Virus record (IMG/VR): IMGVR_UViG_3300023174_000190 | Coordinates: 1-58,594 of that record | DNA from: a virus | Taxonomy: Duplodnaviria; Caudoviricetes | DNA: 58,594 nt | Direction: 5' to 3' (one strand) | Shown: positions 8,506 to 17,230 of the stretch, in pieces | Position numbering within the stretch: position 1 is the stretch's first letter | How the letters are laid out: the number at the start of each line of letters is the position of its first letter | Made by a program: the position numbers and the translations under genes | The notes under the pieces: model-generated | Told to the model about the DNA's origin: nothing | The model's database searches: none | Seen by the model: only the letters and a program-made list of their open reading frames with translations

Positions 8506-8863
8506 TTTGTAGTTCCTCTTTAAATTTAATCGCCATCTGTCCATTACCACCAGGGTATTCTATTGGTTTGTTTAGTGTGGAAAAAGTAGACTTTTTCTTT
8601 TCTTCCTGCTCATGGACATGAAGCATCATAATAGCATAGTGAATGATTTTCATCAAGTCTTTCTTGTTCCGTCCATCTTTCTTGCCATATCGCTGTGCAT
8701 ACTTGAAAATATTTCCAATACAGAATCCTTCACCGTGACCAGCATCAATGATGAATTCTGTAGCCTGGAATTTATTTTGCGAATAGTGCTGACCGTATGT
8801 CGCATCAATATAAGACTTCAGATCCTCCAAAGTCTTATCTTCATTATATCGATATTGAATCAT
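8492..8863 (-). CDS. DUF3310-like protein (putative nucleotide kinase family)
   Basis: HY...GFCIGNIFKYAQRYGKKDG...DLMKIIHY pattern. Confidence 0.75.
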   Translation of the reverse strand: MIQYRYNEDKTLEDLKSYIDATYGQHYSQNKFQATEFIIDAGHGEGFCIGNIFKYAQRYGKKDGRNKKDLMKIIHYAIMMLHVHEQEEKKKSTFSTLNKPIEYPGGNGQMAIKFKEELQNETK

Positions 8864-9732
8864 AGCGCCTTACGTTTTCCTTTCGATCCGATTTCTTTCT
8901 TGACCACATCTTCACCTGCGGTTGGCGAAGCACCAATTGCTGCAATTGCTTGCAATGAACCACCGAAGATATAGGTACCAGCATGTTTGAGTTTGATCCA
9001 AGGCAATAGCCAAACTTTAGCACCAGCTTTACGCGCCCATTGACAGAACATATAATCTTCCGACAAATAACGCTTGGACTCTGGATCAATAACGCAATCA
9101 AAGTATGCCATGATTTCGCGTGAGCCATCAAAGTTTACTGTACGAACATGGTCTGGTTTATAACTCTGCTCTGGGAAAGCTACATCATACTTTTCCAATG
9201 CTTTGCGAGTCACTAGCATAAAGCCAGTACCACCTTCTTTAACTTCGACTGGTTCATCAATTCTGAACTGATGTGATCCGTCTGCTGGATTGAAAACGTA
9301 GTCACCAACGAATTCTTCCAATTGATTTGGATTCTCATCAGCAAAGCCTTTGTCAACAGCCATTTTGATTTTCTCCCAAGAAATTGCTTTCTTAGGATAT
9401 GGTCCGCAAATAACATCCATTTCATCATTGGTGATTGCAAAATGCATCATTACCAAAATGTCTTGGGCTTCGAAATGAATATCCGAGTCAATGAACATCA
9501 TATAATCGAATCCACTGCGAACGAATTCATCTGCAAGATAATTTCTTGCTCGCTGTACAAGTGATTCATTAAAGATAAAAAACAATTTAGCCTCGATTCC
9601 ATACTTGGTGCATAGAATCATAAGGTCAGCAATTGCTTTAGTGTATGAACCGTGACATTGACCACCATACATGGGTGTTGCAATGAATAGTTTTTTGGTT
9701 CTTAGTTTTTGTAGGTCAAGTTCAAACTGCAT
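8860..9732 (-). CDS. GT-A-fold glycosyltransferase-like protein
   Basis: LFIATPMYGG, ESLVQRARN, FIDSDI (DxD), GTGFMLV, YLSEDYMFC and LKHAG motifs. Confidence 0.75.
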   Translation of the reverse strand: MQFELDLQKLRTKKLFIATPMYGGQCHGSYTKAIADLMILCTKYGIEAKLFFIFNESLVQRARNYLADEFVRSGFDYMMFIDSDIHFEAQDILVMMHFAITNDEMDVICGPYPKKAISWEKIKMAVDKGFADENPNQLEEFVGDYVFNPADGSHQFRIDEPVEVKEGGTGFMLVTRKALEKYDVAFPEQSYKPDHVRTVNFDGSREIMAYFDCVIDPESKRYLSEDYMFCQWARKAGAKVWLLPWIKLKHAGTYIFGGSLQAIAAIGASPTAGEDVVKKEIGSKGKRKAL

Positions 9733-9775
9733 AGTATCTCCATGATATTGTAAAAGTGAATCATATTATATGTAT

Positions 9776-9803
9776 AAAAAAAGAGGCTACTTTTCGTAGC
9801 CTC
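9776..9803 (-). terminator. Intrinsic terminator after the CobS-like gene
   Basis: GAGGCTAC-gaaaa-GTAGCCTC followed by a T-tract on the minus strand. Confidence 0.85.
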
Positions 9804-9827
9804 AAAGGCATTACTGCCAGGAGAAAA

Positions 9828-11039
9828 TTAACTCTGTTCTGTTACTTCAGCTGGAGCTGCTGGAGCAACTTCGACCTTAGCATCAATTTTGCTATACAGG
9901 TCAAGGAATGCAGTCTTGGATTCTGCATCAAAGCGGTTCACGCAATACTTGATCGCCTCGAGTTTATCACCGAAGATAGTGTACGCTTCTGCGATATGCA
10001 CCAGACGGCGAGTGGAAATCAATTCATCAATTGCACCTTCTTCGAAGGTCTTGCGAATGATATCAGCCCACTTGACTAGGTTGTCTGCAAACTCTTTGTC
10101 TGCAATACCAAGACTGTCGAACACTTTCATTAGAATGCGAGTCTCGACCTTAGTGTCTGCGTACTCTTGCTCGACGGTGATTGGGAACCGCTCTAGGAAT
10201 GCATCATCAAGAATCGTCGCTGCCATGTAGCGACCAGTTTCATCACCTTTACCTTTTGTGTTGGCAGTGGCGATCACATTGAAACCAGCAACTGGTTCGA
10301 CAAATTCACCAGTCTTTTTAACGAAGATACCTTTACCTTCAAGGACTGCTTGCAGACACATCAGTTTGTTGGAACCACGATCAATTTCATCAAGGATGAG
10401 AATCGCACCAGACTTCATAGCCTGCAGGACAGGACCATCAAACCAGCGAGTCTCGCCGTCAATCAAACGGAAGCCACCGATCAGATCATCTTCATCGGTC
10501 TCTGGAGAGATATTGACTCGCAAGCATTCGGTCCGAGTAGCAGCACAAGCCTGTTCGACCATCAATGTCTTACCGTTACCAGACAAGCCAGAAACGAAGA
10601 CTGGGTAGAACCGCTTCGAAGAAACAATTTTCTTCATATGGTCGAAGAACCCGAACGGAACGAACAGTGGATTCACTTTGGGCACAATTGCGCCGTCTTG
10701 AATCCGAGCGACGGTAGAAATTTTAACTGGTGCTTTTTGAGCCACTGGCATCACCGCTGGTGCATGTGGTTCATACACAACCACGGATTCTGGGACTGAA
10801 ACAACTTTAGGAGCTGGCATCGGCACAACGTTGGAGACACCAGCAAGGCTTACACCGTACTCTTCAAGCGGAAGACGGTAGGTGCCGCGATCGACCCGAT
10901 ACTCGTCGGATTTAACCCAGTTATTACGCGCCCAGCCTTCTTCGGCCATGGACACTAACTGCTGTCGGGTTACAACAGCACCGAAACGGCGAGCAGCTTC
11001 AGTAAGAAAAGCAACCTTGTCGTTTTTCGAAATGGTCAT
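9828..11039 (-). CDS. CobS/MoxR-like AAA+ ATPase
   Basis: GLSGNGKT (Walker A), ETDEDDLIGG, LILDEID (Walker B), ATANTKGKG, AFLERF and ISTRRL motifs. Confidence 0.92.
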   Translation of the reverse strand: MTISKNDKVAFLTEAARRFGAVVTRQQLVSMAEEGWARNNWVKSDEYRVDRGTYRLPLEEYGVSLAGVSNVVPMPAPKVVSVPESVVVYEPHAPAVMPVAQKAPVKISTVARIQDGAIVPKVNPLFVPFGFFDHMKKIVSSKRFYPVFVSGLSGNGKTLMVEQACAATRTECLRVNISPETDEDDLIGGFRLIDGETRWFDGPVLQAMKSGAILILDEIDRGSNKLMCLQAVLEGKGIFVKKTGEFVEPVAGFNVIATANTKGKGDETGRYMAATILDDAFLERFPITVEQEYADTKVETRILMKVFDSLGIADKEFADNLVKWADIIRKTFEEGAIDELISTRRLVHIAEAYTIFGDKLEAIKYCVNRFDAESKTAFLDLYSKIDAKVEVAPAAPAEVTEQS

Positions 11040-11084
11040 GATATAGAAACCTCAAAAAAATCAGAAAAATCAATCAACACAATC

Positions 11085-11113
11085 AGTCTACTCTGGTTCT
11101 GGTAGGCTGTCAA
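11085..11113 (-). promoter_or_regulatory. Sigma70-type promoter for the CobS-like gene
   Basis: TTGACA-17 nt-TAGACT; the -35 box overlaps the TGA stop of the upstream gene. Confidence 0.7.
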
Positions 11114-13299
11114 GCAATTTCCTCGATTACCTTGGAAAGCAACACTCGGTTGGTCAAGCGCCCACGGTTCATGGCTAGGAACGCTGTCTTGAGTTTGCGA
11201 GCAGAGACCACACCTTCACCCAGAATATCTTCCAATGAATCATCATCCGTATTCAAATCACTTCCACCAGGAATTAAAAAGTATTGATCATATCCGTAAT
11301 TGGAAACTTGATAAAACTTTTGTGTACGGAACACTTTCAATTCGGTATCAATTTTGAAAGAAGGGATTCCAAAACGTTGGGCTGCACTACTAAAAACACT
11401 TTTACTCTTACCAAGAATGTAGAATCCAATCAAATTACATCCAGTCTTTTCTTTAAGAATCTGGAGCAATGCAGGAGTAACGCCGTTAACTCCAACTTTG
11501 TAATTCCTTTTAGTATCTTCATCTTGAATATATGATGAATCATATCGAGTCGGTGCTCCAATTCGCTCTATCGTTCCATCTGGAGTTATTGCAGTATAAA
11601 GTGTACTAGAATCTTCACCGTCAGTAATAAACGAAACGTTTACGATTTCGGTACGGGTACGCTTGCGAAAATCATTAATAACCGACGGAGCAACTTTAAT
11701 TGTAGAGTTTAAAGGAGTACCACCTAATCGCATATCATGGGCAATATTCACATAGTGAAAACGCCGAGCATACGAATAAGTTCGACTATTCGTTGGATTG
11801 TAACACCGAACATAATTCAATAGGTCATTCGCGAATTTGCGATATGAAGCATTCTTCATACTGCTTGAAAGAATATTCAGAAGACTAAAGTTTTCATAAA
11901 AAGCCAATTCGCCTGCCATTTCGGAATGGCGATCTCCTTGCGACTCATGGATATACTGAGTGGTAAATGCATAAACATCAAAAGGAATATTCACTTTACG
12001 GCAAAATGTCGTAAGAGTAAGCAATTGCTCAATTGTTCCTTCAATGTTATCTGTCATTGAACCAGACCAATCTACGAAAATTACAATACCGTGATTCTTA
12101 CCAGCTGCAACAGAACCAATCTTGCGGAAGATATCGTCATTGAATTTGTAGGTATGCAGTTTGTTAGTATCTAACTTGCCGCTATCTGCAACTGTAATGC
12201 GACGATTCTCGGTTGCTTTTTTACGCATTTCAAATTCTTTTACAAGATAATTGATTGCGTTTTTATTGCGCTGCTCAAAAGCATTCAGAAGAGTATTGTC
12301 ATAACCGCCTTTGTCGGTATAATAGTCATTCTCAAAGAATTTATTCTGCAATTCTTTCCAATGAACAATGTAATTCTTTGCTTGGAACTTAGTTTGACTT
12401 GGAAGAACACCAATAGCAATTTTGCGATCTTCGACCAATTGGCTTAAAGACTTTGCTAGACTTTCATCGGTAAGAGACTTTACTGTTCCACGATAATCCG
12501 ACAATTCTTCATCATCCGAATCATCATATGAACTATTAGAGAATCCACTACTTGAATTTTCACCATCTGTTTCTGGTTCAAAATCTTCTGGATTCTGATC
12601 CTCTACATCACCCGATTCATCTGAGTAATCATCAAAATCATCTTCATCAAAACCGCCAAGGTCTTCCTCTTCATCAATGTCACCGCGTTGGCGCTGAGCA
12701 TCAGCATTTTGTTCAGCTTCTTGCTTACGCTGCTCTAATTCACCTTTGCAATAATCGTAAAGGCGAGTGGCAATGTCTTTCACTTCACCAAAAGTCTGTG
12801 CATTCTCAATTTCTTGAACAAATGCATTCTCTTCTGCATTATTGAATCGAACATTAGCAAAAGCACCAATCTTGAAATGCAAATTGATTCGATCAATCAG
12901 CAATAGTTTGTTTACGTCTTTGCCTTTAATCTCGAAAAAATCACGCTCGACAAATTGGCGATAACCTAGAGCAAAGGATTTGCGCAGACCTGGATAACGA
13001 TCTTTAATCATCCGTTCAATTCGGGCATCTTCAACAACGTTTAAGAATGTACCGAATTCTGCACCACCAGCCTTATGACATTCAATGTATTCGACTGGCG
13101 TATCAATTGCATGGCCAATCTCATGGCCATAAAGCAATTCTTGAATCTCTGGAGTAATGTCTTGCCACATTGGCAATGTGATCTTACGATTTTTAAGATC
13201 AAACGAAGCAGTCGGAACCTTGCGGTGCTCCACAATCAGATTCTCTGTTGCGAGCAATCGAACTAAGGTAGACTTGGTAAATTGTACGTTCTCAGTCAT
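11110..13299 (-). CDS. Metallopeptidase-like + vWA protein (CobT-like partner of the AAA+ ATPase)
   Basis: Start moved to MTENVQF. HEIGH (HExxH) and NVVEDARIE; acidic linker; vWA MIDAS motifs DWSGSM, GGTPL and ITDGE. Confidence 0.88.
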   Translation of the reverse strand: MTENVQFTKSTLVRLLATENLIVEHRKVPTASFDLKNRKITLPMWQDITPEIQELLYGHEIGHAIDTPVEYIECHKAGGAEFGTFLNVVEDARIERMIKDRYPGLRKSFALGYRQFVERDFFEIKGKDVNKLLLIDRINLHFKIGAFANVRFNNAEENAFVQEIENAQTFGEVKDIATRLYDYCKGELEQRKQEAEQNADAQRQRGDIDEEEDLGGFDEDDFDDYSDESGDVEDQNPEDFEPETDGENSSSGFSNSSYDDSDDEELSDYRGTVKSLTDESLAKSLSQLVEDRKIAIGVLPSQTKFQAKNYIVHWKELQNKFFENDYYTDKGGYDNTLLNAFEQRNKNAINYLVKEFEMRKKATENRRITVADSGKLDTNKLHTYKFNDDIFRKIGSVAAGKNHGIVIFVDWSGSMTDNIEGTIEQLLTLTTFCRKVNIPFDVYAFTTQYIHESQGDRHSEMAGELAFYENFSLLNILSSSMKNASYRKFANDLLNYVRCYNPTNSRTYSYARRFHYVNIAHDMRLGGTPLNSTIKVAPSVINDFRKRTRTEIVNVSFITDGEDSSTLYTAITPDGTIERIGAPTRYDSSYIQDEDTKRNYKVGVNGVTPALLQILKEKTGCNLIGFYILGKSKSVFSSAAQRFGIPSFKIDTELKVFRTQKFYQVSNYGYDQYFLIPGGSDLNTDDDSLEDILGEGVVSARKLKTAFLAMNRGRLTNRVLLSKVIEEIA

Positions 13300-13322
13300 A
13301 TGAATTTCTCCCTTACCCACCC

Positions 13323-13351
13323 ATAGTAGCAAACCACCAACGCTATGTCAA
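13323..13351 (-). promoter_or_regulatory. Sigma70-type promoter for the peptidase-vWA gene
   Basis: TTGACA-17 nt-TACTAT; the -35 box overlaps the TGA stop of the upstream gene. Confidence 0.75.
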
Positions 13352-13953
13352 GCAGCAACTGCTTCTTCCTCGACCTGTTGCGGCTGGACAACAGAGAGAA
13401 TCTTCGGACGGCTGATCACCGTCTGAGGAGCACCACGATACTCGCGGTGGGTCTTCACCGTCGCAACCACTTGAGCCGTCTGACCCTTCGAAGGGAACTC
13501 AGCAGTGCCGCTATAAACGACAGCGTTACCGTTCTCATCCTCACAGATGCGGAGGAGGGACATTCCCGAATCGTACCAGTGATAGCGAGCCCGCTCAACT
13601 TCAATTTCTGCCTTGACCGTCAAGGTCATGGTTACTTTTTTACCTGGCTGACCGACGTGGGTCATAGTAGCAATCTTAGCAACACGTTCAGCTTCGAACT
13701 TTGCTTTACGCTCTGCTTGGGTTGCAATAGAATTCCGAAGAGCAATCACCTGCTTTTCGGTCAGCTTGCCATACTTGTCAAGAGCAGTCAACAGGCTTTG
13801 GTAGAACGAATTCTTACCAGCATTAGCCCACAGGAAATCGAACATCTCCTGCGCGTCGGGATATGTACGATTGAACGTAGTCCGAGCATTCATTACGATG
13901 TTACGCTTAATACCAGCCTCATACGCGGACGGATTGTGAATCTGTGAATGCAT
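13348..13953 (-). CDS. Hypothetical early protein with a probable C-terminal OB-fold
   Basis: Start moved to MHSQIHNP (SD-like AAGGGAG upstream). YGKLTEKQ helical part, then HVGQPGKKV...DENGNAVVY...ATVKTHREYRGAPQTVISRPK. Confidence 0.7.
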   Translation of the reverse strand: MHSQIHNPSAYEAGIKRNIVMNARTTFNRTYPDAQEMFDFLWANAGKNSFYQSLLTALDKYGKLTEKQVIALRNSIATQAERKAKFEAERVAKIATMTHVGQPGKKVTMTLTVKAEIEVERARYHWYDSGMSLLRICEDENGNAVVYSGTAEFPSKGQTAQVVATVKTHREYRGAPQTVISRPKILSVVQPQQVEEEAVAA

Positions 13954-13990
13954 TTTCGAACTCCCTTGTTTCTGTCTCACCACAAGATCA

Positions 13991-14018
13991 ATTCTACTCT
14001 GATCACCACGAAAGTCAA
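13991..14018 (-). promoter_or_regulatory. Sigma70-type early promoter
   Basis: TTGACT-16 nt-TAGAAT. Confidence 0.65.
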
Positions 14019-14025
14019 GGCTTTT

Positions 14026-14053
14026 CTTGGTGTTGCACAAAAACAACACCAAG
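14026..14053. repeat. Perfect 10-bp inverted repeat upstream of the early promoter
   Basis: CTTGGTGTTG-cacaaaaa-CAACACCAAG, plus a third TGTTG at 14056-14060. Confidence 0.75.
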
Positions 14054-14068
14054 TTTGTTGTTTTTTTG

Positions 14069-14767
14069 CTACTTTATTGCAATAAATGCTGTGAATCCAT
14101 GATTTTGCCAGAATGTATCCATGCGTTTAAAGTCAAATCCAGCACCAGCGCAAATACTCAATAATTCATTTCGAGTATTTAATTTCATCATATGTCGCAA
14201 TTCTCGCTCTTTATTTAGAATGTCATCTGATGTAAAATGCTCTCTTTTGTAATCATAATATGTAAATGTGCGAATATCTTGGATCTTTGAGCATTCGGAA
14301 ATAGTTTTCTCTGCAAAAATGAATGCACCACCATGACGCAATCCACTATAGATTTGTTTTACAATATCGCGTCTTTGATTTTCTGGAATGAATTGTAAAG
14401 TAAAGATAGAAGTAATCAATGTTGAATCTTGAAATTTAAAATCGCGAACATCACCACGATGATATTTCAAATGAAATCCAGATTCAGCATATAGTTCTTC
14501 ATCTTTGTCGAAGCCTGGAAAGAAGTCTTCTTCAATTTCAATTCCAAAGTATTTTGCGTTTGGTGCAAATGCAATGTTTTGCTCATGCATTGCTTTAAGT
14601 AGTTTACCAGTAGAGCAACCAACATCAACAACTGATGCATCATTCTCTACGAAATACTCTGAGTATTTCAATACGTCATTCCAAAGATTTGTGTATCCGC
14701 GAATAGAATGCTCAATGTGTGCATCGAAACCTTCTTCTCTTTGTGCGAATGTAAATTTTTGTGCCAT
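14069..14767 (-). CDS. cmoA: CmoA-like carboxy-S-adenosylmethionine synthase / class I methyltransferase fold
   Basis: FDAHIEHSIRGY, DVGCSTG, IFTLQFI, GGAFIFAEK and FWQNHGFTAFIAIK parallel the CmoA motifs FPDMIQRSVPGY, DLGCSLG, NFTLQFL, SEK and WFQCFNF. Confidence 0.85.
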   Translation of the reverse strand: MAQKFTFAQREEGFDAHIEHSIRGYTNLWNDVLKYSEYFVENDASVVDVGCSTGKLLKAMHEQNIAFAPNAKYFGIEIEEDFFPGFDKDEELYAESGFHLKYHRGDVRDFKFQDSTLITSIFTLQFIPENQRRDIVKQIYSGLRHGGAFIFAEKTISECSKIQDIRTFTYYDYKREHFTSDDILNKERELRHMMKLNTRNELLSICAGAGFDFKRMDTFWQNHGFTAFIAIK

Positions 14768-14768
14768 T

Positions 14769-16004
14769 TTATAATTCCTTGTACGGTTTCAATATTTTCT
14801 CATATACATTGGATGCAAGTGCAGCCATCATTTTGGGCGCAACCATTCTACCAATTCGTTCAGCCTTTTTATCGAAGTTACCAGTAAGAATAAAATCGTC
14901 AGGCATACCCATTATAATCTTTAATTCTTTGATTGTAAACTTCCGATTCTTTTCGTAGTGGAAAACACCAGACACAGACTTTTGATTACCGCGTTGTGTA
15001 ATCGTTGGAGATGGCAAATCTGGGCATGGGCGAATCATATTAAACAATGATCGTTTAGGATTGATAGAGATAAACTCTTTGTCACTAGGTTTCATATGTC
15101 TTGGCGGATTGAATGGAAGCATTTCAATCCATTTCTTTTGAAAACCATTCTGAACATAGTCATACAATTCTTTCTCTTCTTCAGGATCATTCACTACATC
15201 ACCAATTGCTGATTTAAGACTAATGTGCTTAGGAGTAGTCTTATCTGGACAAGTCATGGTATTGATGTTTAGAAAATTGATTCCAACTTTTTCTGCAACA
15301 TCAGATCGAACACAAACAAAAAACAAACGTTCTCTAGTTTGTGGAACACCATAGTCTGCAGCACTCAATACATGATATGTTGTAACATATCCAGGTTCAA
15401 TATTTTCAAATGCGTTTTTGAACTCAATCAGTTTCTTTGCAGCTTCACCCATTGTGATGCCTTTCACGTTCTCTGCAATGATAACTTTTGGCTTAATCTC
15501 TTTTGCAATTCGAATGTATTCAAAAAACAAGTCTTCAATTGCTTCTACAACTTTACCATCAGAATAGACTTTGACACCAGAACTTACTGTAGACTCAGTA
15601 ACATGTACAACTTCATCTAATTCAAAATCAAAATAGCTTTCTGCAAAATGTTTCTCTGAACCTTTCCAATTCTTTTCACGCTTACCTGCAACAGAGAATG
15701 CAGAGCACGGAGGCGAACCATCAAGAATATCTAACTCGCCTGGTTCTAAATTTGCAACTTCAAGAAAAGTTTTACCAGTCAATGTTTTAATGTCACCAGG
15801 AATAATCTTTGTGTCTGGAAAATTCATTGAATAAGTTTTGATTGCTTCTTCAACGAATTCATTGATTGCAATAACTTTACCACCAGCCAATCGATATCCA
15901 GTCGAACTTCCACCACCACCAGCAAAGGTACTAACTACCGTAAATAAATTTCTGTCTGATGATGCTTTTACATCAGCAATCGTATAGTGTTCGTATTTCG
16001 CCAT
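14769..16004 (-). CDS. C5-cytosine DNA methyltransferase homologue with variant motif X (probable carboxymethyltransferase)
   Basis: Start moved to MAKYEHY. Motif I FAGGGG, IV GSPPCSAFS, VI ENV and VIII QTRERLF are present; motif X reads GRMV instead of GN(A/S)V. Confidence 0.92.
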   Translation of the reverse strand: MAKYEHYTIADVKASSDRNLFTVVSTFAGGGGSSTGYRLAGGKVIAINEFVEEAIKTYSMNFPDTKIIPGDIKTLTGKTFLEVANLEPGELDILDGSPPCSAFSVAGKREKNWKGSEKHFAESYFDFELDEVVHVTESTVSSGVKVYSDGKVVEAIEDLFFEYIRIAKEIKPKVIIAENVKGITMGEAAKKLIEFKNAFENIEPGYVTTYHVLSAADYGVPQTRERLFFVCVRSDVAEKVGINFLNINTMTCPDKTTPKHISLKSAIGDVVNDPEEEKELYDYVQNGFQKKWIEMLPFNPPRHMKPSDKEFISINPKRSLFNMIRPCPDLPSPTITQRGNQKSVSGVFHYEKNRKFTIKELKIIMGMPDDFILTGNFDKKAERIGRMVAPKMMAALASNVYEKILKPYKEL

Positions 16005-16788
16005 AATTTTTCCAGTCCCTATAAACGTCAAGCATACGCTTGCGGTTTTTAATATTGATATCCTTACATTCTAACAGAACTTCGAATGCTTTGTCAATCC
16101 CTGCACCAAGCTGAAGGTTAATATGCGGTTTCGGTTTTCCTATCTTTTGGAACTCCGGGAACGCTTCTACAACATGATGTTTCTGGTAAGGTTTATTTAG
16201 CTGATACCAATCGTACTGCATGAAAAAATCTTTAATGGTACTATCTAAGTAAGGCGCAATGAAATCTTTTTTATATTTTAAAGAAAGGTATTGTTGTTGC
16301 ATGTAAGCAACAGGATTACTATTGCCGAAGTATTCAATACGAAACTGATCAAATAATTCTTTTGGTTCTTTGTAATGAATACATGCTTTCTTTGAAACAC
16401 CATAGTGACCGTCTGCTGCCCAGCCAGAGATAACTTCTTTCTCTTCTATTTTTGGATAGACATACAAGAATGGAAACGTACACTCATAATGTGTTTTCTT
16501 AATGCAAGCAAACTTAGTTCTTAAAGTATGAAAGTCTTCAATTAAATTATTAATTGGAACTTCAACTTTAGTGCATCTCCAACCCATTATGTTTGATGCA
16601 TCAATAGCTTTCTGAGAATCATATGTTGGATTGTTTTCTAAACAAAATGTGTATGCATGAACTTTTTTACCAAGTCTATGTGCAGTAAATGCTACAGATA
16701 AAGAATCAACTCCGCCAGAGAGTAGAACAGCAACTTCATTCTCTCTGGAAGAATCTTTTATTTTATTCTCTAGTAGTTTATCAATCAT
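15973..16788 (-). CDS. Asparagine-synthetase-like ATP-dependent amide ligase (synthetase domain only)
   Basis: PP-loop VLLSGGVDS, ISGWAADGHYG (cf. SGEGADELFG) and APYLD; no N-terminal glutaminase domain. Confidence 0.85.
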   Translation of the reverse strand: MIDKLLENKIKDSSRENEVAVLLSGGVDSLSVAFTAHRLGKKVHAYTFCLENNPTYDSQKAIDASNIMGWRCTKVEVPINNLIEDFHTLRTKFACIKKTHYECTFPFLYVYPKIEEKEVISGWAADGHYGVSKKACIHYKEPKELFDQFRIEYFGNSNPVAYMQQQYLSLKYKKDFIAPYLDSTIKDFFMQYDWYQLNKPYQKHHVVEAFPEFQKIGKPKPHINLQLGAGIDKAFEVLLECKDINIKNRKRMLDVYRDWKNYGEIRTLYDC

Positions 16789-17230
16789 GAAGCAATCTTA
16801 CTGAAATAATGCAACGCATAAGAAATTCCAATCCAGACTGATCGCGATAGTCTTCAGCATAAAAGACTTCTTTAATACCAGAAGCATATATCATTTTAGC
16901 ACAGTCCATGCATGGCGCACAAGTGACAAACATTGTAGCGCCTTCACCAGATTCATTGGATCGCGCAAGTTTACCAATTGCATTTAGTTCTGCATGAAGA
17001 ACTTCTGGTTTAGTTTTTAACATAATACGAATAAAACCTTGCGCGTCAACTTGTTGTATCTCATCTTCGCAATTATTATCCCAACCAGCAGGCATACCAT
17101 TGTAACCAATAGAAATGATTCTATCATCTTTTACAATGATTGCTCCAACTTTCTTTCTTTTTGCACTACTCAACTCTGCAAAGAGTTTTGCAGTTTTCAT
17201 GTACGAACCAAGATACTTTTCTTTAATCAT
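16781..17230 (-). CDS. cd: dCMP deaminase
   Basis: Start moved to MIKEKYL. KVGAIIVKD..IISIGYNG, HAELNAI and PCMDC zinc motifs. Confidence 0.93.
   Translation of the reverse strand: MIKEKYLGSYMKTAKLFAELSSAKRKKVGAIIVKDDRIISIGYNGMPAGWDNNCEDEIQQVDAQGFIRIMLKTKPEVLHAELNAIGKLARSNESGEGATMFVTCAPCMDCAKMIYASGIKEVFYAEDYRDQSGLEFLMRCIISVRLLHD

Noticed and set aside
9828-11039. Cobalamin biosynthesis auxiliary gene (cobS)
   Set aside because: There is no cobN or other cob gene. The peptidase-vWA neighbour fits a MoxR-type chaperone pair better.
13345-13947. 200-aa plus-strand ORF
   Set aside because: It is the antisense shadow of the minus-strand gene 13348-13953, which has the promoter and SD. It has no recognisable motifs, and the higher GC explains the lack of stops.
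14069-14767. tRNA cmo5U modification role for the CmoA homologue
   Set aside because: No cmoB or tRNA genes are in the window, and the gene is coupled to a DNA methyltransferase homologue. Not fully excluded, because the host could supply CmoB.
14769-16004. Ordinary restriction-modification system
   Set aside because: No adjacent restriction endonuclease; motif X is atypical; the neighbours are biosynthetic enzymes.
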